From NCBI GenBank assembly GCA_024704765.1, contig JAKMXF010000033.1, positions 620,001-684,000 of the forward strand: 64,000 bases of DNA, given 5' to 3'. Made by a program: the position numbers and the translations under genes. Below, piece after piece: positions 1 to 11,200 of the stretch; position 1 is the first letter of the stretch, and each line of letters begins with the position of its first letter. Source of the DNA: Oopsacas minuta. Taxonomy: Eukaryota; Animalia; Porifera. Below the pieces are notes generated by a model, which saw only the letters and a list, made by a program, of their open reading frames with translations, ran no database searches and was not told the origin of the DNA.

Positions 1-126
1 ACAGGTCAAGGGATGTTTCATTGCTCTTGTAAGAAGACATGTCTTCGTACTACGTGCAAGTGTTATCGTTCAAATCGACTATGTCACAGTAGGTGTCACA
101 ACAACCAAAGCTGCAGTAATAAGTAG
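1..126 (+). CDS. C-terminal Cys-rich tail of a transposase/integrase (ORF runs off the left edge)
   Basis: Frame +1 is open to TAG at 124-126; motif GQG..C.C...C....C.C.......CHSRCH....C.NK. Confidence 0.7.
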   Translation, partial: TGQGMFHCSCKKTCLRTTCKCYRSNRLCHSRCHNNQSCSNK

Positions 127-352
127 AGTTGTGAAAATAGAGACCTCATAGTACTATTAGCAAAGAAGAAATGTAAGCCAAGTAGCTGAGTATTTATAGA
201 AGAATAATTAGCCAAAACATATTGTTATATAAAAATTACTGATAACAAGATAAGAAAATTGTATATTGCGTATGGATAATTGTATTTCGTATATTGTCCA
301 ATGAGAGTAGCATTATGCATATTGTCCAATATGAGTAACATTATGCATATTA

Positions 353-554
353 CATTATGCATATTGACTAAAAAAGTAGCAATATGCATATTGCCTGGGC
401 ATTATGCATATTGACTAAAAAAGTAGCATTATGCATATTGCCTGGGCATTATGCATATTGACTAAAAAAGTAGCATTATGCATATTGCCTGGGCATTATG
501 CATATTGACTAAAAAAGTAGCATTATGCATATTGCCTGGGCATTATGCATAATG
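353..554. repeat. 47-bp tandem repeat x4 with degenerate copies from about 281
   Basis: Unit CATTATGCATATTGACTAAAAAAGTAGCATTATGCATATTGCCTGGG starts at 353, 400, 447 and 494; palindrome CATTATGCATAATG at 541-554. Confidence 0.95.
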
Positions 555-827
555 CCCAATTTCTCATATTGCCCATAACATATATACACGTATAGTAGGC
601 TGTGTAGACATCCCATAAAGGAATTACAATACATACATAATAACCGCCTTTGAATAGTAATGATATTTAATGGTCTCAAATTATGCAACAGAACCCATGA
701 CGAATCAGCTGATTTTCTATGATCAAATATCTGTCCCTGCTATTTGGTATAACTCATGTAAAATACGCAATATTCTCAAACCTATAATGTTAAAATTAAT
801 CAGAACATGCAGTATAAAACTGAGCTC

Positions 828-1781
828 TCATAGCAATGCACAAGAAGTGAAAGATTCTTGACTTAAATTATTAGATAGAAATAAGTTAGCACATTCCAGT
901 AGCTCTTTATATAACTTTACGAATTCAATTTCTGAATGAGAGAATCCCTCATCTCTGTTGTCCCATAAACGGTGTACATGTCTACTGCCTTGGTTAAAAT
1001 TAGCCACGAAATGTATTCTGGCGTTATTGAAATTTAGTTTAGAGAATGCAGTAAGTATAGCATCCTTCCTTCTATCTACCTCTTCATTGAAATCCCTACC
1101 ATTCTCTATAGCTTGTTTGTAGATAATATCCAAACAAGTGACAACTACTATAGGTTCGTATTGGTAGCCGAGACAATCTTGAAATACGTCAGTGAAGAAA
1201 CGGACAGTTTCACCACTAAAAAAAGGGTCCAGAGACCCATCGAATACAAACACGACACAGTGCGGCCTGGATCGTATGCTACGTGTCCAGAAGAACCGTT
1301 GAGACCACCACTCCTTGTTAAACACATGGAAATCCTCCAGGAGGGCTCCGTTCTTATAGAACCCCATTAACTCTCTTCTGTGTAGATCCTGTTCATGTGG
1401 AGAGTATGCTTGATCTCCTCTTGTATCCTGGAATACAACTGTACTAGCTTTATTAGATATATACTCACGCCATTGTAGTGTTTTATGTTGATCAGGATTA
1501 TGATCGGATAATTCACGCTGTATTGAACCTGGGAATGAATCGTAAGGTCCTACACTACGATATAGACTTCCTATTAAGCTACTTTTACCTGATCCTACAG
1601 GACCAAAGAACACGATATTAGCATGAGGTACCATACTCCTGTTATTGATAAGAGGCTCCCCTGTGAGAGGATCTTTGATACTGCTTTGATGTACATTACT
1701 CAATTCAGGGGTCGTATAACTGTTAATCTGTCTACGAAGCTCAGTTATTTCTAATCCGTTAGCAGGAATGTATACAGCCAT
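828..1781 (-). CDS. IFI44/IFI44L-like P-loop protein without TLDc domain, 317 aa, ending in CaaX (CALL)
   Basis: Motifs FFGPVGSGKSS, DTRG, PHCVVFVFDGS and VTCLD. First ATG at 1781; the ORF-track start at 1802 is TTG. Intronless. Confidence 0.75.
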   Translation of the reverse strand: MAVYIPANGLEITELRRQINSYTTPELSNVHQSSIKDPLTGEPLINNRSMVPHANIVFFGPVGSGKSSLIGSLYRSVGPYDSFPGSIQRELSDHNPDQHKTLQWREYISNKASTVVFQDTRGDQAYSPHEQDLHRRELMGFYKNGALLEDFHVFNKEWWSQRFFWTRSIRSRPHCVVFVFDGSLDPFFSGETVRFFTDVFQDCLGYQYEPIVVVTCLDIIYKQAIENGRDFNEEVDRRKDAILTAFSKLNFNNARIHFVANFNQGSRHVHRLWDNRDEGFSHSEIEFVKLYKELLECANLFLSNNLSQESFTSCALL

Positions 1782-1906
1782 ACTTTGATAAATGTGAAAC
1801 AACTAGCTTAATTTGTTTTACATTGACTTAAACAGCTGACAAGGGTCTAAACATCGAACAATCGATTCCAAAAGTTCCCAAATTGTGAGATACATGAGCT
1901 AGGGCG

Positions 1907-1975
1907 TAACTAGCATTAAGGCAGAGGAGGCAACTGCCTCCTCACTTTTTCAGGCGTTGCCTCGTCTCCCTATTA
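1907..1975. mobile_element. Short TIR-element (hAT-like) end fragment with hairpin
   Basis: TAGGGCGTAACTAG start and a 9-bp stem GAGGAGGCA-AC-TGCCTCCTC. Confidence 0.3.
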
Positions 1976-2255
1976 TACTCGCCAATCATATTGAGGCAAA
2001 TATTCATCCTTACCTCTTCACTCTGGAATCTCTAGTTCACCCGATATAAGCACTACATTCTTAAAAGGGGTATAACAAATGAATATGTTAAATGATAATT
2101 ATTGCACATAAATAGGCTGTACGTACATACAACTACTATCAAAGTTGTAATAGACAGTTGCAAGCATGATGCATTGTTTCATAAGAATAATAAAAGGTCA
2201 AATCCATCAAGAGAAAGATAGAAAAGAGAATGTTTAAGATGTTCCAATGCTGAGG

Positions 2256-5200
2256 TTAGATTCTCACGCGAAATGTCCTAAATAAACAACCGGTTAATGT
2301 GGATAGCTACGTATACATAATTTATACTGAATTACAGGTACGTACTTGAAAAAGTCAGGGGATTTAGATATGATGTGTGCAAAATCATCCAAACAAAGTT
2401 TTTCTTCATTTGACATCAAACTCTCTTCAAAGATCTAAGTTATAGTAATAAATTGAATTTTGTCCCGAACATCGTAAGACATTTCACTTCATAATAATCC
2501 TGTGTATCTACCGTTTAAATTACCTTGTCAATGATAACTCTCTTCTCTTCATCACTAAGTCTGTTAGCTTTAAGTCCATCACCTGGTTGAGCTTGTCTAC
2601 CCTCTCCTGAAGCAGTTATAGGAGGGGTCTCCTATTGGTTAAGCAGTGCATTAATGTGTGTTATATTAATAGTTGAGAACAAATAAATCAACTTACCACG
2701 TCTTGTATTTCTGTGACATCAACAACTTGTAGATCCTAAAGTATTATTCAATAGATCTTACGGATATGTATTAATTGTTTAGTTACTATAGTAAATGGAT
2801 TACTACGTATCACCAGAGGGATTACGACAAGATGGAAGAGCCCCTAATGATATTCGCAAGTTACGAGCTAGCTTAGGTGTATTGCCTGCAGCAAATGGAT
2901 CCGCTTATATCGAACAAGGAAACACCAAAGTATTGTGTTCAGTATATGGCCCTCACGAGCCGAGAGGACAGAGAGGCAATGTAGAGAAAGTGATAGTTAA
3001 TTGTCAGCTGAGTATAGCACCATTTGCTATGGCATCCAGGAGGAGAAGACCGCTAGGAATAGGCCGTACTCAGGATATGGCTACTTCAATTGGAGATGCT
3101 CTAGAGGCTGCTATGTTAACCTCTGTATACCCCAGGTAACGTTTAATAATGTTTAATTGTATAGCTGTGTGTAGGGTAATAGTAACCAATAGTTTTCAAT
3201 ACATTTGTAGATCACAGATTGACATATACATTCAGGTCCTGCAAGCAGACGGGGGCATACAATGTGTCAGTATGAATGCTGCTACACTAGCTACCATAGA
3301 TGCAGGTATTCCTCTATCTGACTATGTATGTGCATGTACAGCAACCTATCTTGAGGATAAACCTCTTGTGGATATGAATCATACAGAAGAATTGGGCAGA
3401 GGCCCGGACATGAGTTTAGGATTACTCCCCAATAGCGGGAGGCTATCTATGTTACTAATGACCTCTAAACTACATAGAGATAATCTAGAGAAGGTAGTGG
3501 ACTGTGCTATGAAGGGTTGTAGAGATGTATACACGCTAATTAATGGGATTGTTAAGCAGAGAGCAGCAATAGATTAATAGTATTATTATTATTTGTATGA
3601 GATAACTATGCTTACGGGTTGCTGTTCAAGATCTGAGTTATATCCACATAGTTTGTCTAACAACTTCTCTAGATCTCTTCTACCGATAAAGTCATCTCCA
3701 TCAAAATCTAATGTTAGCAAGTGTATAATAGTGTCTCAAATTTATATTTCAAATTCAACAAGATAACTTACCGTAAACTTTGAAAGCGCATAGGATCTTA
3801 TCATCCTTTCGTGCCTATCATATAAATGTATAAATATCTACAGGTGGAAGTTTATATAATCCCTAATCATTTTTTTACAAACACCTACAGTGCAACCTCT
3901 ATAAATGGGGTCTCTATAAGCTATAAGCGGCCAATTTTGTACATATTCGTTCATTTCCATAGAAACGAATCTCTATAAGTGGGGAATTTGTAATAAAGTT
4001 CATTGAAATATCTATTTTCGTTCAAATTTGGAAAATATTCATATAAGCAGCCCCTATAATCATTTGAAATAATTTGATTTCTAGGAATAAAATTTTCTCA
4101 AAATTATTATTTTCAACAAATAAAGATATTATACAAATCAAAGATCATTGAAGAAACAGCCATTGGAGGAAGTGGCTAGAAAATTGACTATCTAAACTCT
4201 AATTAAATTAAGGACATTTACCATTGAAATTATATGTGGGGAATGAAGGCATATCCGAAATTTCGCCGTCCCGAGCTCCCCCACTTATAGAGATTCTACT
4301 GTATATGGTCGGTACATGTAAAACGCAGTTATTAAGAACCTTGTTTCAGCTTCATCGCATGCTCAGATCTTGTATATAGCAGGCACAAGTTTACCATTAA
4401 CAGTGGCTTAATTAAACGTTCGTAAATAATAAACTTACATTGTGGCTGAGTACAGATACCATGTCTAGAAAATCCTCAAAACTGAGAGCCCCATTGGTCT
4501 CTGAGAAGTATTTGCATAGTTCTCCTTTGAATGGATTCTCCTAAACAAATTAATAGGGTAGTAGTACGCATTAATTCAGTGGGAGAGTCACTATATGAAT
4601 TGTCCATATGAAACCATGTACTTAACAACCCATAATATCCTATTATAATGAGCTATAGAAAGCTGATATACGAGTAACAGGGACAACTAAAATTAGTTAC
4701 AAAACTCGGTAAGAGTAGAGATATAATTCAGATAAGATAACAGCTGATTACCCAGGGAGATGGCGTCGTGGGACGATGACAATTATGATCTTGACGTAGG
4801 ATTCGTCAACAAGTTAGACAAAGACTCAAAAATAGCAGCTCCTGATTCTAGTAAAGAAACTCAAAAGGAAAGTAAAAAACAGAAACAAAAGAATGAAATA
4901 GAAAGGAAGAGAGAGTTAGCTGAGGTAGAAGATTTTATGGGAGTAGATGATACTCCCGATGACGTCATAAACAGTAAACCTGTTACACAGCCTGTACCAG
5001 CACCGATAAATGCTAGAGCTCAGCTCAAAGCTAGTTTACGGGAAGCAAGCACTATAGATGATATTATGAGAATTTCATCAGAGCTAGCAGACATTATAAA
5101 CAGTGCTAGAGAGTCAGACCATTATGTAAAGTTACTAATCGAGCTAATTCGTAAATGCGCTAAAGATCTCCCCCCTGATGATATACGGCAGCTAGCAGCT

Positions 5201-8200
5201 AACCTGAATTCTCTCCATAAGTCTCAAGACAAGAAGAAGAAAGGAAAACGTCCCAACTTGAAGCTTGCTCCTGGGAAGAAAGGAGACGATAGAGCTGTAT
5301 CAAATGCTTACGATGAATTTAATTTGGATGATAACAGACAGGATGTAGATTCAGGAGATGAACAATACTATAAGAAGCATAATGCTAGTGGTGATGAGGA
5401 TAAATGGAACTTTTAGGATAATTATTTAGTAACATACAACAGTCATTCCTTTTCTCATGTTTCTGTGATTATTAATATGGTTTGTGCTCGTTACTAACTG
5501 GATATAATAAGCTGCTGTTTTACTAGTGGAAACCTTTATAATGTTCATTGAGTGGATGCTCTGCTTAGGACAGTAGTTTTCAGTCTTTTTTCACGGAAAA
5601 AATCGAATTTTTGAATATCCAAAAGTGTAAAAATGTCGAAATTTTGTGGGAATTGGCTGTAGAATGTAGTGCCGAAAATTTATTGCTCCGATTCATTATG
5701 ATGGCTATGAATAGGCCGTAATCGGATAATTTTAAGCCTTTTGAAAACGTTGGCTCATTATTGTGTTGGTAAGTAAGCATTCGATATATACAATTATTCA
5801 AATCTATTGCATAGGGCACTTGGGAGTTGGAAATAGCATATGCCTTAGTTCTGCATATACTCAATTACTTTACCCAATTAATTCCTGAATAACTAACCTT
5901 CAATTCTGGGAAATGTTTAGTAAATGCTTCCAGAGGCAGGTGTACAGCTACAAGAGCAGTGTTAGTATCATCAACAATATCTACCTGGAATTCTGGATTA
6001 GCTTGTTTGTAAGATTTGTGTATGTTTTCAAATTTCCTCCAAGCTCTAACAAATATTTTACCGTCGATAAATACTGTTATGTGATTTATGAACGGTTTGG
6101 CTGTTGTACATTAGATGCCGGTTATAAGTTATAAGAACATTATTGCATTGCTAGTCCCAAGGGGGTTCTTATAACCGGCATCCACTGTAACACAAATTTA
6201 AACAAAGAAGAATGTATGTTTTGTGGGTACTGGTTAACCTATAGAATTATAAGGAAATAGTACGAACCACGTTTGAATTAATTAATTAAATTTATTAAAA
6301 GTGGTAAGGTCAGGCAATGTAAGCAAAGTAGTAGGCAAATAGTTTTTATATGTGATAAGCTATGGGCCATACCAGCCTCACCGCTGCCCACGTAGTACAA
6401 TAACAGTATAAACACTAGCAACTAGCAAATTACTGTATATTAGCCAAAACGTAGCATTGTGTAATAGTAACAAATCAAATGATGTGGCAAAAATTGAATA
6501 AAAGAATTGATAAAAAACCTCAAAATGAAATAACCTAATTAATTAACAGTTTGAAGTAATTATTGAAGAAAACGCTATGAAATCTGCAGTAATTATTGTT
6601 AAGATCCAATTTCATGTAGCATACTTCTTTACATATGTTGTATAGATAGGAGCTTCGTGGTCGAGTTAATAATTCTATCATCATATTGCAAATCTGTTGA
6701 GATGGAAACATTTATATTGTGCAAACCGATACTGTTAGTAATTGTGATAGGTAAAGATGGCAATTAATTTATCAATAGTTATATTAGCCCTGAGTGTATA
6801 TTCAATTCAAACTATTAATGTTAATTTTACTGGTTTTGAAGAAGGAAATGATTATATATACAAATTGAATGGATTGAATACACAAGCTGATTTGACTTGT
6901 GCGGCTACAGCACATAATAACGAGAGTATATTCTTCCAGACAACATGGCGAGAGAATGGTAGTGACTTTATATCTGAAAGAGAGACGCTACATTTCAATC
7001 TAGTAGCTGAATATACAGGGGGAGATAAGCTGAGGAGATTCTATTGTATTGCTACTACTACTACTAATATATCTGTTGTGAGCAGGGAAATTAGTGTGCA
7101 AGTTCTAGGTAGGCATCTGAATGATTCTTTTATTATATTTATTATTCGAAATTCGTTCTTGCCCACGATACAGTCAACACCCCTTTATATCGAAGCTCAA
7201 GGGACTGCGATAATTAGTTAGATATAGCAGATGTTACTTTGACGTTGGGACCATATTTGTACAATTTAAGATTTCTATATAAGCGGGAATTCGGTACATC
7301 CGTGTTCGATATAACGGGGAGTTACTGTACTTATTTCTTTCTACAGATTATTCTACTATCTGGCTAAATTATAACAGTACTAATGAAGTGAGGACTAATA
7401 ATATAAACCAGACCCTACCAGTTCTGGTACCAGTCCTAACTAGAAACGTTACTCTCACATGTAACGCACAAGGTGCAGGCTGGAGATACACAAATAAAAC
7501 AACAAATAAACAAGTGCATATTGATGGCAGTGAGTTAAACATAGATGTTATCTCTCTCGATTGGATGGTAAGAATAATAGACTGTACTAGAAAATCTGGA
7601 ACGAATCCAGCATTCACTGCAACTAGCATTGTATTAATACCAACAGGTAAGATCACGTGAAAGGTAATTAATACTTTAAGTTTATTAACTTTTATTAATC
7701 AATTGTTAGAGAGTGGATTAGGACTGGAGAATAATGGCTCATTAAAAGCTATTGGAAACAATGAGAGATTGGTAATAACAAGGTACACGACTGTACTATG
7801 TGCTACAAGTGATACAGAGAATATTAATTGGTATTATAGAGACCAGGATGAAAATGGAATAGATGGTGTTATATTAGGAAATAATAGTATAAATGTAGAT
7901 CAGTCAGAGCTAGATACGAGAGGATTTGTCAAGCTAAGTATTAATTATCCTATCCCAGCTGATAGAACTGGTTACTACAGCTGTGTTACATATGAGAAGA
8001 TCTCTCATTCTCGTTCTAGGATTGTTACTCACATTGTAGAAATAGTAAATGGTAAGTATGTACTCTGTTTAGTTTTAAATAAATAAAGCATCATTTGCTA
8101 ACTACATATTTCAATAGAACTATATCAGAATACTAGAACTACAACCTTGTTCAATACAACTCTATCTATACAAATACCTATAAACATCACTACACAACCA

Positions 8201-11200
8201 ATAGCTTCAACCACAAAGCCCATCGCTCCAAATATCACCACAACACAACCAACAACTCTAAACACTACCACACAGATAATCACCCCAAATACCACCACAC
8301 TAACCAACGCTCCAAATACCACCACACAAACAACAATTCTAAATATAACCACACAGACCATCACTAAAAATATCACGACACAACCAACAACCCCAAATAC
8401 CACCACACAGACTATTACTCTAAATACAACCACACAGACGATCACCCCAAATACCACGACACAGACCATCGCTCCAAATACCACAACAAAGATAACCACC
8501 CAAAATACCTCCACACAGACAATCACCCCAAATACCACTCAAACAATCACTCCAAATACCACCACACAAACGATTAGTTTAAATACCACAACACAACCAA
8601 TAACTCTAAATACTACCACACAAACAATCACCTCAAATACTACCACAGTTACCATTACCCCAATCACCACAACGAAGACAACCACCCAAAATACAACCAC
8701 ACAGACGATCATCCCAAATACGGCTCAAACAATCACTCCAAATACGACTCAAACAATCACTCCAAATACGACTCAAACAATCATCCCAAATATAACCACA
8801 CAGACGATCATCCCAAATACGACTCAAACAATCACTCCAAATACCACACAAACAACCATCCCAAATACAACCACACAGACGCTCACCCCAAATACGACTC
8901 AAACAATCACTCCAAATACGACTCAAACAATCATCCCAAATATAACCACACAGACGATCATCCCAAATACGACTCAAACAATCACTCCAAATACCACACA
9001 AACAACCATCCCAAATACAACCACACAGACGCTCACCCCAAATACGACTCAAACAATCACTCCAAATACGACTCAAACAATCACCCAAAATACAACCAAA
9101 CAGACTATCACCCCAAATACCACTACTCCAAAACAAACAACTTCTACAACACCTCCAAACACCACAACAACTCAAGGAACAACTTTCTATACTATGATTA
9201 CTCCAACAACGGAAACAACTGCACCAAGACTCCCTGCACTAACAATTTTACAGCAAGCAATCATTGGTATCGCTATAGGATTAATCCTAATCTCCCTGTT
9301 CCTGTGTATCATCATAACATGCTTGTGTTGTCTAATAAAGAGGAAATCAAAGCCAAAGCCTTGGAAAGATGATCTACCAATAAGTCCCAGTGATGGTAAC
9401 AAGGTAACAGCTAAATACACTCCATTAATAGATACGCAGACTCAGGCAGCACTACAATCTACATCTATACAGAATATTGATACACTGAATTCCTCACCTA
9501 TCAAGAGTATTCAAGGAAATTATATGAAGATACCCATTCAAGAATCAGATGACGTCACAACTGAATTACAAACTCCAACCTTCACAACGGGAAGTGTAGA
9601 CTCACTTCTCTCAGAGAGTACTGTCTCATCCGCTAGCACAGCTCGGTATCAAGATAATCCTAATGGCAAATTAATAGAATTACAACATTACAAACAGCAT
9701 TTAGACCAACTATTGTTAGAGAATAGAATGGAGAGAGAATTTGATAGTCTGGGTAGACACGAAATAAGATACAGTTGCAATCAAGCTTCTCTCAAACAGA
9801 ATTTCAATAAGAACAAATACAAATCAATATTTCCATATGACAAATCAAGAGTGATAATCGTGGATACAGCCTCTACTGGAAGTGACTACATAAATGCCTC
9901 ACACATACCAGGATTCTACATACCCCAGCAATTTATCGCAGCTCAAGCACCAAAATCTAACACAATAAGTTGTTTCTGGAATATGGTATGGGAACAAGGA
10001 TTGAGGATAATAGTCTCACTAACTAATCTTGTAGAACTAGGTAAGATTAAATGTACTCAATACTGGCCTGATAAAGTAGGAGATAGTGATCAACATGGTG
10101 AAGTACATGTCTGTCTACAGAAAGAAGAGAGATACCCTAACTACATAGTTAGAGAGCTGTTAGTAAGTGGAGTGAGTAATAGAAAATTGAGAACAAGACA
10201 GTATCACTATACAGCATGGTCAAATCAAAATATTCCTCGGTTATACAATAATGTACTTTCATTCATTCAAACAGTTAAGAATAGAGAAAGGAAGATCAGT
10301 AGCACTTCTATTCTCGTACACTGTAATACAGGCGTAGGAAGAACTGGCATATTCATAGCCTTGTATAATATACAAGATGCAGTTGGCCAGGGTGTTCCTA
10401 TTAGCGTGTACAGAGTAGTTAATGAGATGAGAGAACACAGACCACACATGGTACAAACATTCTCCCAATACAAGTACATATACCTTGCTATACTAGAGAT
10501 TATAATGGGTTGTACCTCAATTATTGGTGAGGATTATAGAGACACATACAGTATGTATTTACAAGCAGAACAGCCTGGCTACCTCTCTGTATTCAAGCTA
10601 CAGTTCAAAGAGCTCAGTTACCAAACCGAAAAATGTTTCAATAATGAATGTACAGCAGCTTATTACACAGAGAATGTGAATAAGAATGTTGTTGATACAG
10701 TAGTACCATACGACTCTAATAGAGTAATACTATCCTCTACTACCTCGGGTTGTGAGTACATTAATGCTAGCTATATCAGTGACTACAAGCTAATAACAAC
10801 TCCGCTACCTAGACTAAATACGATACGAGAATACCTACAGTTAATCTGCCAGCTAGATGACCCTATTCTAGTAGTAATGTTAAGGAAACTGGAATATGAA
10901 GCAATGAAGAAAGACAGCTGTGATATACCGTATTATTGGGGGGAGGAGAGAGGAAGCAAAGAATTTGGAGTATATAAAGTAGAAACAGAAAGTATAATCA
11001 AATCTCCATTCTTCATACAATATAGCATGAAAGTATACAATGCTTATGAGAGTCAAGAACATAGATTCTGTCAATACATTACCTACTGCTGGGATGATGC
11101 AGATAGCTGTACAGATGCAGGAGCAGTAGTTACACTACTGGATCATGTAGCTATTAGCTTAACAGATAAACCTGATAGGACAGCTGTATTTAGCTGTAAC

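Larger units (their letters stand above)
1..580 (+). mobile_element. Right end of a Ginger/Gin-type (gypsy-integrase-related) DNA transposon
   Basis: Bases 1-126 read TGQGMFHCSCKKTCLRTTCKCYRSNRLCHSRCHNNQSCSNK*, the Cys-rich tail typical of Ginger-like integrases. Subterminal tandem repeats follow, and the element ends ...GCCCATAACA at 580 (TGT terminus on the other strand), followed by TATA. Confidence 0.65.

Noticed and set aside
353-554. Repeat array as CRISPR
   Set aside because: Units are contiguous with no unique spacers, there are no cas genes, and the context is a eukaryotic transposon end.
5575-5872. ORF 5580-5864 or a transposon remnant in CIB intron 3
   Set aside because: No recognisable motif, non-ATG start and no paired TIR.
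8125-9175. Minus-strand ORFs 8125-8538 and 8633-9175
   Set aside because: Antisense shadows of the mucin repeat of the PTP gene.
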